This document shows positions 35,256 through 48,497 of a stretch of DNA of 64,000 nucleotides, piece after piece; position 1 is the stretch's first letter, and each line of letters opens with the position of its first letter. The stretch is from Alloascoidea hylecoeti (Eukaryota). The position numbers were made by a program, and so were the translations under genes. The stretch covers positions 1,372,294 to 1,436,293 of the forward strand of contig BCKZ01000002.1 in assembly GCA_001600815.1 (NCBI GenBank). The letters run 5' to 3'. Below the pieces are notes generated by a model. That model did not search any database, was not told the DNA's origin, and was given only the letters and a program-made list of their open reading frames with translations.

Positions 35256-38200
35256 ATGCTCAGAGCCCTTAAGTTTCCTTCTCCGGCACTGAGGTCGTCC
35301 TCCTTGTCCTCGGCTTGGAAGCAATCCCTCTTCAAACCCTCATTTTCCATAGCAAGGCACTATGCTGCTGTATGTCTTTTACGAGTTTTGTAACCCTCAC
35401 TTCGTCCCTCAAAACTAACAAACAATCATTCTTTTCATAGAGCAACGATATCTTTGCAAACTCGACAAATGCAAACTACATTGATGAAATGTACTATGCT
35501 TGGAAACAAGACCCCTCGTCTGTTCATACCTCTTGGAATGCCTATTTCCATAATATGGAATCTGGAAAAATTTCTCCAGCCCAAGCTTTCATCCCTCCTC
35601 CATCAATTGTCCCAACTCCAGTTGGCGGTATCCCATCTTTATCTCCCGGTGCTGATATTCTTCAGAATGAAGATGTTACAACCCATTTAAAGGTCCAATT
35701 GTTAGTCCGTGCTTACCAAGTTAGAGGTCATCAAAAGGCTAAAATTGATCCTTTAGGAATCTCTTTCGGTGATGATAAAACAAAACCAATCCCAAGAGAA
35801 TTAACTCTTGATCATTATGGCTTCACTGAAGCTGATTTAGATAAACAAATCACTCTAGGTCCTGGTATTTTACCAAGATTTGCTCAAGGTGGTGTTAAAA
35901 CGAAAACTTTACGTGAAATTGTAAATGATTGTGAAAGATTATATTGTGGTTCTTATGGTGTTGAATATGTTCATATTCCTTCTCGTGAACAATGTGATTG
36001 GATTAGAGAAAGAATAGAAATCCCAACCCCTTATAAATATTCAAGTGATGAAAAAAGAAGAATTTTAGATCGTTTGATTTGGGCAACTTCTTTTGAATCC
36101 TTTTTATCAACAAAATTCCCAAGTGATAAACGTTTTGGTCTTGAAGGTGCGGAATCTACTGTACCCGGTATGAAAGCAATTATTGATCGTAGTGTTGAAT
36201 TAGGTGTTGAGGATATTGTTATTGGTATGCCTCATCGTGGTAGATTAAATATGCTTTCAAATGTTGTTCGAAAACCAAATGAATCAATCTTTTCTGAATT
36301 CACTGGTTCAGTTGCTGTTGATGAAGGTTCTGGTGATGTTAAATACCATTTAGGTATGAATTATCAAAGACCAACTCCTTCTGGTAAACGTGTTAATTTA
36401 TCTCTTGTTGCAAATCCTTCCCATTTAGAAGCTGAAGATCCAGTTGTTTTAGGTCAAGTCAGATCAATTCAACATTATAAAAAAGATGTTGGAGATTTCG
36501 AAAAGGCTTTAGGAATCTTGTTACATGGTGATGCTGCTTTTGCTGCTCAAGGTGTTATTTACGAAACAATGGGTTTTACTGGTTTACCTGCTTATTCAAC
36601 TGGGGGTACAATCCATTTAATTGTAAATAATCAAATTGGTTTTACAACTGATCCAAGATTTGCAAGATCAACTCCTTATCCATCTGATATTGCAAAATCA
36701 ATTGATGCTCCAATTTTCCATGTTAATGCTGATGATATTGAAAGTGTTATTTTCATTTGTGGTTTAGCTGCTGAATGGAGAGCTACTTTCCATACTGATG
36801 TTATTATTGATATCGTTGGTTATAGAAAATATGGTCATAATGAAACTGATCAACCAAGTTTTACTCAACCATTAATGTATAAAAAAATTGGTGAAAAAAA
36901 ATGTGTTATTGACTATTATGTTGATAAATTAATTAAAGAAAAAACTTTTACTCCTGAAGATATTAATGAACATAAAAAATGGGTTTGGAATACATTAGAA
37001 GAATCTTTTTCGAAATCAAAAGATTATAAACCTGAAATTAGAGAATGGGTTTCTTCTCCATGGGATAATTTTAAAACTCAAAAAGAGTTACATACTGAAA
37101 TTTTACCACATTTACCAACTTCAATAACTAAAGATGAAGTTGTTCATCTTGGTGAAGTTATTGCAACTGCTCCTTCAACTTTTAAAGTTCATAAGAATTT
37201 ACAAAGAATTTTAGCCTCTAGAAAAAAATCAACCGATTCTGGTGAAGGAATTGATTGGTCAACTGGTGAAGCTTTAGCATTTGGTTCTTTAGTTGCTGAG
37301 GGTCATCATGTTAGATTATCTGGTGAAGATGTTGAAAGAGGTACTTTTTCTCAACGTCACGCTGTTTTACATGATCAAGAAAGTGAAAATGTTTATACTC
37401 CTTTAAAACATGTATCAAAAGATCAAGCGGATTTTGTTGTTTCAAATTCTTCTCTATCTGAATATGGTGTTTTAGGTTTTGAATATGGTTATTCTTTAAC
37501 TTCTCCTGATGCTCTTGTTATTTGGGAAGCACAATTTGGTGATTTTGCAAATACTGCTCAAGTTATTATTGATCAATTTATTGCTGCTGGTGAAAGTAAA
37601 TGGGCTCAAAGAACTGGTTTAGTTTTATCATTACCACATGGTTATGATGGTCAAGGTCCTGAACATTCTTCTGCTAGAATTGAACGTTATTTACAAATGG
37701 CAAATGAAGATTCAAGAAAATTCCCTCTTGAAGAAAAATTAGTTAGACAACATCAAGATTGTAATATGCAAATCGCTTATCCAACAACTCCTGCAAATTT
37801 ATTTCATTTATTAAGAAGACAACAACATCGACAATTTAGAAAACCTTTAATTTTATTTTTTTCAAAATCTTTATTACGTCATCCTTTGGCAAGATCAAAT
37901 ATTGAAGAATTTATTGGTGATAGTCATTTCCAATGGATTATTGAAGATGTTGAACATGGTAAATCAATTGGTAATAAAGAAGATATAAAACGTCTTGTTA
38001 TTTGTTCTGGTCAAGTTTATACCGCATTACATAAACATCGTGCAACAAATGAAATTAAAGATACTGCATTCTTAAAAATTGAACAATTTCATCCATTCCC
38101 ATATGAGCAATTACGTGATTCAATTGAAAGTTATGGAAATTTGAGAGATATTGTTTTTACACAAGAAGAACCAATGAATATGGGTCCATGGAGTTATCTT

Positions 38201-38368
38201 GAACCGAGAATTAGAACTACTTTGGGTGAAACACAATATAAAGATTTAGGATTTAGATATGCTGGTAGAAATCCTTCTTCTTCTGTTGCTGCTGGTACCA
38301 AGAGGAAACATCTTGCTGAAGAAAATGCCTTCTTAGAAGATACTTTTTCTGATGAATATTTAAATTAA
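35256..38368 (+). CDS. KGD1: 2-oxoglutarate dehydrogenase E1; intron 35370-35440
   Basis: [16 protein letters not shown] and [10 protein letters not shown] motifs. Presequence exon MLRALKF...RHYAA joins in frame through GTATGT..AACTAAC..TAG. Confidence 0.97.
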
Positions 38369-40780
38369 CTATAGATTTAAAAAAGTTTTTGAAAAAAAAA
38401 ATATAAGAATCAAAAGAAAAAAAGTTTGATTTAAGAATTTAAAGAAAAATGGATAAGTTTTTTTAAAAAAAAATAGAAAATTAAATTTGACTTCTTTTTG
38501 TATTTTTCATAACTTTTTTAGCATTAAATTATATATGTGAACATGATTATAAATTTATATATCTTTAATATTATTTACCTAAATTATTATTGTGTAAACC
38601 TATTACAATGTTGTTATATTGATATCAATCTTAATTGCGAGATGCAAAGTTTATAACATATCTGTCTAGCATACAATAAAGGGTGTTGAATTTAAAAACC
38701 CATATACTTAAAAATGAAGATCAAAAAGTTAAACATACTCACGACTCACGATTGTGTAGATCTTACGGGAACCAATTTCAACGCCCAATTATCATTCTTT
38801 ATTGCAGTAGATAAATGTAATATTCAGAATAACTAATAAATTATGAAATAACAACAAGGAGGTCAAATGACCAGTAAAAACTCAGATATTAGTAAAAAAA
38901 TAAAAACTTCACATCTCGTTAATACGTTTGTTGATCAATGTATTATAATCCATCTTTTCTTCATTACTTTCCATTTAATTAAATAGATTAGTGTTCATTA
39001 CTATACATGTATTTTACATTTGACATTTTTCATCATCAATATGGGACTATTTTATTACCGGAAAGTCGATGACATATTCACCAAACGTTTCTATGAAACA
39101 CAAATTAAAAACACGCATGTATATTTTAAGAGTGTTAACTACGAAGAAACCCAGTTTCAAACCATGTCACCCATGTGGTGGGCATGAGGTGAAGGCAAAT
39201 GTTATCATAACCCAATTCACCAAGCTTCCAAACAAAATTACTCACACTTCGACTTAGTTTCCTATGAGTTATTTGGCTTTAGTATTACTAAAAGTGCAGC
39301 TTTATGGATAAGCTCATTAGTTGAGTCAAAGAAAATACCTATAAGGGTCTGACGTGAAAGGTTATTCTAAAGATAAAAGGGAACAACAACTATCGAAAAC
39401 ACAGACTCTCAATTATCAGTCGAAAACTCAATAAATAACTCAACTAAAAGCAATGAACTGTCTGAAACTAGTCTAATATCGCGACTTGTCTATTTTCAGT
39501 TCAATCAACAACTTGTTACGATTAAAGAATCCACTCTTGAAGGTCAAAAACTTGATTATCTAATTTCTTTCTCAAAAATGTACAACTATATAATCTACGT
39601 AATCCGTAAGTTTGGTAGATTTCTTGTTTTAGTTATATCGTGAAGTTACCCGCACATATGAACAATTATACTTATTTTCGTTAACTTGCATGGTGAACCT
39701 TCAGTACAATGAGAAACTTGCTCGTTAGGATTCGTTATGACACCAATAAAACAACTAAACTAGGGTCCACCATTAATTGTCATTTTGCTAAATGTTTTTC
39801 ATTTCTCACCGAAGATTTGATTCATTTCCCTGATGCCGAATATTCCTCTGCAAGTCAAGGGTGAACGGATATTAATTGTGATGTAGCATATCATAATTGG
39901 GGACTTTTACTTTGTTAGTACTACATACTGTATATTTTGGCAGATTTCATTCTGGCAATTTCACAGTACGTGAAAATCGTGTTATATTTTTGGATGTGAA
40001 TAATGGCAGATTGATACGCATATGACCTTATATATAGGTTATATACTTACTGTGTTCTTGATTTCTTTCTTCCTCTTGGATGCTATTACTATATGTCTTC
40101 GTATTCTTATGGATCTATTAATATTATTGGGAATTGGCTCGCATATATCGAATTTTTCTGTACCTAAAACTCCATGGCCAGTATTTCTCTTAGAAGTTCT
40201 AAACATGTTCCATATTTGGCCTTACTAAATAGTAACATGTAAGATCAGAAGTTTCATCTGAATAAATACATACAATTTCTTTTTGCTAAAATTTTGGGAT
40301 GCCAATTCTTCCACCTCCATCTATATGAAATCTCATGATTACACTTAAGCTTAAACGTTCCTTATCGTTTGATCCTTTCGGATATTGGGATCAAAATATC
40401 TTTTCCAGAATATTGCTGTAGTACATTTAATTAGTTTTAATAAACTACTTAAGATATAAAAAACTCTCATTAAATCATTAGTTCATTATTGACTAGTAGA
40501 CTTTTTCAGCTAATTATTTACTAAAATATCTTTCAATTGCAAACCCAGCTGGATTCTTGAAGTCTTTAAATTCGAACTAAAAACATAAGCTCTAGTTATA
40601 TTACTATTATTATTTTTAATTTCTAGGTATTATTTTACAGGGAATGCTTGCCAATTAACTAAAATTTGCAATTACATATATATTAGCTATCCATGTCGTT
40701 TCTTGAATAAATGGATATTGGATTATAACATCATATGTGCGATCTGTAGGTATTTCTCAGTTTATGGGAAAACTCTTCCA

Positions 40781-41356
40781 TCATTGTAATTGTTGTATAT
40801 TGATATTCATTACATTATGATATTCTATCCTGTTAGTTTTGGACTCTTGTAAATTGAGCTGTTCATAAAGTTTTGAGGCAAATATTAATATTTCAATAAA
40901 AATTGACATCACGAATAAAAAAAATGACACGAGTAAGAAATCGGCTTTATTTATTGCGCATCGCCCACTATCTTGTGAATTGTTAACAATTATAATAGTT
41001 GAACATAGTTCGAATGATTTAGCCAAGTAAACAGCTCCTTTCGATGTAAAGATGAGGTTTAAAACGTCAACAAAAAGCTTAAGAGATACCAGGAATGGAG
41101 GCGTATTCACAGATTCATTTAAATATGAAAACATCCCTAACATTGAACTAAATATAATGGAGAATATGGTTGCAAATAAAACAAGATTTGTTTTTGAGCC
41201 AATCAAGAATTCTGAATCGGCAATGAAGCACAATGGAAAGGCAAAAGCAAGAAGTCCAAATAAAAGCTCAATTATTCTAAAAGTAATGATAGAGATTAAG
41301 TTGGAAAAAAGATTGATTTTCATATATTTTGAGAATTTGTAGTTAATTGACTTCAT
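40781..41356 (-). CDS. Divergent Nce102/Fhn1-like MARVEL tetraspan protein
   Basis: Four TM segments. SKTNLVLFA, VDVLNLIFT..GAVYLA and C...SGRC..KA echo Nce102 (SRVNYCMFA, LDFLNFVFT, SGTRCRQAQA). Start is 41356 or 41323. Confidence 0.6.
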   Translation of the reverse strand: MKSINYKFSKYMKINLFSNLISIITFRIIELLFGLLAFAFPLCFIADSEFLIGSKTNLVLFATIFSIIFSSMLGMFSYLNESVNTPPFLVSLKLFVDVLNLIFTSKGAVYLAKSFELCSTIIIVNNSQDSGRCAINKADFLLVSFFLFVMSIFIEILIFASKLYEQLNLQESKTNRIEYHNVMNINIQQLQ

Positions 41357-41899
41357 GATATAAATACTTGTTATAGCTATTAATTTTGTTTTTGATAGAA
41401 TAAATATAACCAAAGGCAATTAACAAGTATTTATATAAACTTCTGGTTTCAATTATGCATACGATTTACATATGAAATTAGCCCTGATTATATAGCCAGA
41501 GATGAGATAAGTATCCAGCCGTTTATAATTAACGATAATAGTGAACGTGTACAAAATTATCAATATAATATGTATATTTTATTAACTTACGTATACCATA
41601 TGCATCTGGAACTATATGAAAACCTTATGAATTTTATTATACTTCTAAACTTAAAGGACACTATATAACTACTTCTTTCCCACTTAATTCCATTGTTAGT
41701 ACAACTTCTATATCTTGTTGTTCTGAAATTGGTGGTTGGACTGACTAATGTTTCGTATGTGTGGTAACGTTCTCTATAGAAGTGCCACCAAAGACACTGG
41801 CAGCGGGTGATATGTTATCCTAGCTAAAAATTGACTTGAATAACTTATAATTATAATATTCACACAAAGAAAAAAGACATGAGGAGGCAATGACTAGGC

Positions 41900-42790
41900 T
41901 AAGAATATATTATACAGAGAAATAATTAACTAGTACGTACTGCTATCTCAACCACTTCCCCGACATTCCCTTCAATAAGCCTATAAATCTAAGGGTTTAA
42001 AAATCATTATATTAGAATTTGGATATTAGGTGTCAAAAAAATTAACCAGGAGAATTCCACTAAAGTTTGATAAGCCACTATTTTGAAATGCTACTTGCAA
42101 CACCTATAATAATGTAAGGATAGGTTTTAGTATCTTTGAGTACTTCAGTAATTATCTACTAAAACGTAACTGATGCTTTTTAATTCTAGGTTATCTGTTA
42201 CAATTGGTTAGGAGCGCTAGCTAAGCTTTTGAAGGAATATCTCGAGTATGAAAATATAAAATAGCTGAAAGAACGAGTGCATAAAGACCGAAAACAATAT
42301 ATAAGATTCTTCTTGGTTCATTATCATATACTGTAGTCTTTTTTGCAAGAGTATATGAAGTTGCTGTAACGCATTATATTCGAAAACTATTAGAAGCAAA
42401 CTACGAAGAAGTTCTCAATAAACAATTATTCCTCCTTCTCATGACATTGAGAAGTAATGATCAGAAATGCAGTTGTCACTTCTGATTTATGTATCCCAAG
42501 TGAAACTCTTAAAGTAAAACTGTTTCGAAGGTTTTAAGAACAGCATGAAGGCATTCAATAACATCCGGGCCCTATAGGAGGACAAAGATACTAGTTTTTG
42601 CAACAGGGAATCTCTGACATGAAGCAAGAGATTCAAATAGTAAGTGACCCAGATAAAAAGCAGTAGTTATGGAAGTTATTACCAGTCATTGTTAAATCTT
42701 TGACTAGTTTCATAATTGTAGCATAAGAATTTGTGATTCTATCTATGAATTAAAATACACTTCAAGGGACTGATAAACAAATCAAGCTTG
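41900..42790 (-). pseudogene. Dal5-family permease pseudogene (third array member)
   Basis: Colinear similarity to about 44490-45320 (atgaaaatataaaata.c.gaaagaac, aaaacaatatataa.attct, cattgagaagt.atgat, actcttaaagtaa, agcatgaaggcat) with many stops and indels. Confidence 0.8.
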
Positions 42791-43471
42791 CGATGTATTT
42801 TAAATATGTTTTTCCATCAGTCACAATATAATATCACCTTTGTAATATTGCAAACAACCTTTTCTGCCGTCCGATTTTTGGTATTCAAACTCAGTTGCAT
42901 AATATATTAATATTGGCCTCTTGAAGCCTTATAGAACTTTTTTTTAAATTTATTTATGGCTTCATATATACGGTGATAGTTGAAATAAAGATTTGTAAGA
43001 GAATCTCTAGCTTACATTATAACTACATTATAAATAGTTACCATTTGTTACATAATTTCAGATACAATTAATCACAAATTACATGTACCATATACAGTGG
43101 TACATCCATTTAAACCAAAATATTTCTCGATATAAAAATTTGATCTTATTATTAATTGTAGCTTAGCGCTAGCAATGTGCCAGGATCATTTTGTTAATGC
43201 AGGGTCGAGCTTAAAGTTACGAAGATTGTCACAATATGGTATTTACATCCATATTTCAACAAGTTATATATATCAAAATAAGTTTTCATCTCCTTCCCAA
43301 GTTACAAGATCCAACACTTATATAATTAACTTTGTTACTACTACGTGCTTTTTTTTTGTTCGACTTGTTTCTCTTCTACTAACCTCCGGATATATGGTTT
43401 GCATTGTTTTATCTGACTGTTGGATATATTTCTCGATTTTAGAAGTTGTACCTTTGGTATATTAATACAAT

Positions 43472-43657
43472 ACTTTGCGTAAATATCGACCACTTATTAA
43501 GTCATATATTCGCCCACATCATGCATAATTATTCGCCCACAAGTACCCAGACCAAGTGGCTGTATACTGAGGAGTTTACTAAGTAACCGAATTTTGGCCC
43601 CGTAGCACCGAGTGGGCGAATATATGATTTAATAAGTGGTCGATATTTACGCAAAGT
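43472..43657. mobile_element. MITE, 186 bp, with 46-bp terminal inverted repeats (1 mismatch)
   Basis: actttgcgtaaatatcgaccacttattaagtcatatattcgcccac at 43472-43517 and its reverse complement at 43612-43657. Absent from the duplicated unit. Confidence 0.85.
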
Positions 43658-43971
43658 TAATGATAGCAATTGCTACCCAATTATACTACAAGAGATAAAA
43701 CACTCAAACATCAAATTAGAATGTCTGATTTAAGAGCAGACAAAGAGTTTAACCTGATATATTAAATGGTGCATTAATGTTAATATCCACTTCAAAGTCA
43801 CTTTCACACAATCATTCAGCTATTGTCATAATATAATTATAAAGTGTATGCCATGCGTGTGTGCTTTCTATGTGTGAATATATGGGTATAATAGTTGAAT
43901 AAATACAATAAATGAATATCATTATATGTTAATGAAATATGAATCATAGTTATAACTTATAAATATCATAA

Positions 43972-45507
43972 TTATAAGGTATATCTGAAATAGGGATTTT
44001 CAAAATCAGTTAAATCTTCAAATTCAATATTTTGAACATTGTTTAATTTCAACTCTTCGACTAATCTAGATTCTTCTCTATCTCTTCTTTTGTTATCACT
44101 CCAATTCAAATAATAAATCATGCCAACCATCACAATAGATATTGCAAAACAAACAACTATTACAACTTTCGCTCCTTTATAATGAGGTGCATCACTATCT
44201 CTAAATGTCTGAGGTCCAATCACATTTCCAATGCAATATCCAATTAAATATAACGCATTGACGGTTATTTTCTTAGTATGTCCTGCTGTATTTGCAGAGA
44301 AACATGATAGAAGGCAAATGAGTGGAGTAGATGCCAAATTGACTAAATACAACCCCGCCAATCTAACTTCTTTCGTAGTTGAAAAAGCAAACATACAAAC
44401 TGCTGCTTCGACTATAAGTAACACAAAGCATGCAATGGCCATTCGATGTGGAACCCAAAGAGAAGCAAACCCAAATAAAGAGCATCCAACAAGCATTACT
44501 GCTCCTCCAGGCATTCCCATTAAAAATGCTTTTAATGTTCCATATCCAAAGTCCTCAGTATAAATAATTGTTCCAAAGGTCCATAATCCACCGCTTGGAA
44601 TATTGCTTGCAATACCCTCAATAAAAGAAAGATATGTTCTGGGATCTTTGAATGCTTCAATAAATTGATATTTCTTGAAATGTATATTTCCAAAGCCTTG
44701 CTGATTACCTTTGATTCTAGCTGTCACTTGCTTCCTTTCCAATTCGGTCAGAAACCAAGCCTTTGAAGGAACATCTGGAATATGAAAATATAAAATAACC
44801 GAAAGAACAATTGTATAAAGACCAAAAACAATATATAAAATTCTCCATGCTCCAATACTGTAATCATTTTGTCTTTTGTAAAGACCATATGCAATTGATG
44901 ATCCCATCAGTTTTCCGAATCCAATAGAAGCAAACCATAGTGAAGTTCTCAAAAATTGTTCCTCTTTCTTATACCATTGAGAAGTTATGATAACAAATGC
45001 AGGTGTTACTGCTGATTCAAGCATTCCGAGTATAACTCTTAAAGTAAGGAATCCGGCATATGTTTTAGGAATAGCATGAAGGCATAAAATTATCCCCCAC
45101 AGTACCATGAAACAGCTTACTGTTTTCACAACTGGAAAACGCTGCAACAAAGTAGAGGAAGGAAACTCGAAGACTAAATATCCAAGATAAAATGCAGTCC
45201 CTGTCCAAGAGTACTGATTTGCGACCATGTGTAAATCGGTCCTTAGCCCCATAATTGCTGCACTAGAGTTTGTATTTTTATCCATAAATTGGCATGCATA
45301 TAAAATACACATGAAGGGACAAATATAGAGATCAATTTTACGAAGTAACCTTTTATCTGTCTCTTCATCTATTACAATTTCATCATCATAATATTTTAAT
45401 GCTTCATCCTCATCACCAAGATGAATCCTCGGATCTTTATCACCAGAACTTAAAACAGAAATATCAACATTGATATTCTTTTCAATTTCGTTTTCAGAAT
45501 TCGTCAT
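43972..45507 (-). CDS. MFS allantoate/dipeptide permease family (Dal5-like), copy 1
   Basis: RLLRKIDLYI, QFMDK, FYLGYLVFEFP, WYKKEEQFLR, NTAGHTKK, IGPQTF and DLTDFENPYFRY motifs. ATG at 45507. Confidence 0.92.
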   Translation of the reverse strand: MTNSENEIEKNINVDISVLSSGDKDPRIHLGDEDEALKYYDDEIVIDEETDKRLLRKIDLYICPFMCILYACQFMDKNTNSSAAIMGLRTDLHMVANQYSWTGTAFYLGYLVFEFPSSTLLQRFPVVKTVSCFMVLWGIILCLHAIPKTYAGFLTLRVILGMLESAVTPAFVIITSQWYKKEEQFLRTSLWFASIGFGKLMGSSIAYGLYKRQNDYSIGAWRILYIVFGLYTIVLSVILYFHIPDVPSKAWFLTELERKQVTARIKGNQQGFGNIHFKKYQFIEAFKDPRTYLSFIEGIASNIPSGGLWTFGTIIYTEDFGYGTLKAFLMGMPGGAVMLVGCSLFGFASLWVPHRMAIACFVLLIVEAAVCMFAFSTTKEVRLAGLYLVNLASTPLICLLSCFSANTAGHTKKITVNALYLIGYCIGNVIGPQTFRDSDAPHYKGAKVVIVVCFAISIVMVGMIYYLNWSDNKRRDREESRLVEELKLNNVQNIEFEDLTDFENPYFRYTL

Positions 45508-47313
45508 TTCCAAGTTTAATTAGTGGGTACCAGTTGCTTGTAGTTCTATTGTTTTTCTATAACCTTTCAATCACAGCTTCCAATTTAAAGCAGATCAACG
45601 CAGTTATATATAGGACAATGCTATATATAGTCATTCAAAGTTTATCAACTGCAATGTATTGTTAATATTATATACTAAATTAACTTTGATTTTCTACAGA
45701 ATATATTAATATACCATATTGTTGTGATATATAATCAATATTTTTAAGTTATCATGGCAACGGGCCTAAGCCCTTGGTAAGTTGGTATGGATAATTTGAT
45801 TTCAATTACGACATATACTATCTATAGGTCAATATATCCTTATATATAATTATAGTTAGCATTTTATCTATACAATTAATGAATAAAAATTATAGATCTT
45901 GAAGGGCTAGATATGTTTGCAATTGATAATTATGGACTATAGTAAAAGCTTATATGTGTACGTATATATACATGTTAATATATTTATTTATTTGATTAGC
46001 TACATGTACATAATTATGTGTAATATTAAATGATTCTAACATTAATGCTAATTAATATTATTGCAATTTAAACATATAGCCTTATAGATTTAGAACTTTA
46101 AATTTTGCTTCTGTAGTATAATATTCATATAGATTTATATAGCTACATGTGCAGAGTTAAAGAGATGTTACATACAAGCATATACACAATAGTATATAAT
46201 ATGGACAAAGCCTTAAGATTGTTTAAGTAGCTATAGCGATTAAATTTATATATATATATATATATAGACCATTAATATTGTGTTCATAATGTGATATTTG
46301 GTAATTGTATACGTATATAATTAATCCGACATATAATGTACAGAATCAATTAAGAATATTAATCCTTATAAGATTTTAATTGTAATTATAGCTTATATAT
46401 AGATTATAATTACCCATATATCAAACAATTTGACCGTAGCTAATAGCACTATATATACATATGCTCTACTGTTCCAATATTAAGTACACCAAAATTTAAA
46501 TATGAAAATCATTGTACTTCACTGGCGCTTAATTAGATTTGTTAAATATTAAGTTAATATTATAAGCTGTAATTAAAGTCCAGAATCCAGATCATCGACT
46601 ATGTACACTATACCCGGTATAAGACATTAAATTTTTTGTCAATTGCAATCGTTTAATAACTACACCTTAATTATAACTTCGTAGAACTTCGTATTTATAA
46701 ATTCAAATCCAACGCATACTTGTCAGTACTACCCTTAGTAAAGTAGCTATAATTAAGGCATTATGGTACCCCATTAATCAGGACCATATAATTAAATGTA
46801 TGCATAATTACTACAAAATAAAACCACCATACAACCAAAATATTTTTCGATATAAAAATATGATCTTATAGTTAATTGCAGATCAGCCCTAGCAATGTGA
46901 CTGGATCTATCATGAAAAAAGAAGGTAATCGGGGAGCTATAATAATTTCTACATGTGCGATTATTGTCGTTCATTTTGTCAATATAATTAATACTCCATG
47001 AGGAAATAATGATGACATTTTCTTAATGCAGGGTCAATCTTAAACTTACGAAGATTGATAAAAGTTCGAGGCTCACAGTGCCTCACAATTTATTCACAAC
47101 CATAACTCGGCAAGTTATAGGATCCGAACATGTAGGTATATATCAGAATAGGTTTTCATCTCCTTCCAAGTTGTTATACAAGATTAACATTTATATATTT
47201 AACTTTGTTACTACTACGTGCTTTTATATTTCAAATTTTTTGTTCGACATGCTTCTGCTCTACTAACTAGTCCTCCATTTTATCGTTAGATGACTCGGAT
47301 GGCCAGAACTCGA

Positions 47314-48497
47314 CCGAGTTACAGGACTCAGATATAACATTGCTCTGTTGCAACCACAAGTTAAAAACCCAGATACAAAGATATACTATTATAAATACTA
47401 TCACTAAAATTTCCTTACTTTCATGGTTCTGAAAATATTTATTTAATATTCTCTTTTTGTATTTTCTGTTGTGGAGCTAGAATTTTTCTAACACTTAGGG
47501 CATTGAGCATCACTAGATGTAGTCTCTTAACACACATTTTCTTCGTTTTCATCTTCCTTAACCGTCCTAAACTTTTCTAAGCTTATTTAAACATTTTAGA
47601 GGGTCGAAAGGCCATGTTCCATCCACTGAAAATCCAAAGGCAACATCTCGAGGAGCTATATCTACTGATTGCATTCTGAGAGTTTTAACAAAATTCCTTT
47701 TTTGTGGGCAGTGGTTGATGGGGTTTGTTTCTCGTCGTAGATCTGTTTCTATGTCTTCTCTAGTGAACCAAGGCTGAAAACATCCGACGCTTGCATTTAT
47801 CGACCAGTAGACGCAGGTGAAATGAGGAATATAGTACTAGCTGTGTACCTGGTTCATCAAATATCCAAATGTGGGAGATTCGCAGTGATGAATTGAGAGA
47901 AACTAGAAGTAATATTAATGTATAACACTGGATCCTCGCTTAAAATTCTATACGCATCGAATTTTCTGGGGGTTTATAAAGAAGTGTAGAGTGTCCCTCT
48001 ACGACCAATATATGGAGTTTGCGGAAGAATAATACTTTGTTGTCGCGTTCCTTGTTGGCGATTTTGTGTCCGAATGTTTTCCACGCGCTCCACAATCATC
48101 TCATAATCTAGCTCACGAAAACGCTCTATAATAGCGGCAACAACAACCATTTTCACACAAATTCAAAAGAAGTCAAATGGAATCTTGGTATTAAAGAGTG
48201 GATGGAAGTCTTTAATTTTGGAGGGAGTCTTGTTTTGATAATTTACTGGTGAAAATAATCGTGAAGAGTCGATTTTGAGATACCAAATTAAATTTTCACA
48301 TACGACTGCTCTACGCTAAGTTTCAGAACCATTCTAGTTCCACAACAGAAAGTACAAAAAGAGAATATTAAATAAATGGTGTCAGAATTATAAAAATAAA
48401 GAGATCTTAGTGATAGTCTTTATAATAATATATCTTTGTTGTTGGTTTTTAATTCGTGGTTACAACAGCAATGTTGTATCCGAGTCCTGTATCTCGG
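47314..48497 (-). mobile_element. Non-autonomous pogo/Fot1-like DNA transposon with about 170-bp TIRs
   Basis: 47314-47483 is an imperfect inverted repeat of 48331-48497, with TA at the right flank. Internal relics VGCFQP and GFSVDGTWPFDPLKCLNKL resemble Fot1 DVGCFSPLK and GF..TGIWPF.P. Confidence 0.85.

Noticed and set aside
34873..35393. 139-aa and 101-aa ORFs upstream of KGD1
   Set aside because: GC-island artefacts. Only 35256-35369 is needed, as KGD1 exon 1.
44231..44563. Plus-strand ORFs within the permease genes (also 49574-50011)
   Set aside because: Antisense shadows, conserved only because the genes are duplicated.
45560..46700. TpA-rich duplicated flanks as evidence of RIP
   Set aside because: The duplicated coding regions show no excess of C>T changes, and RIP is not established in budding yeasts.
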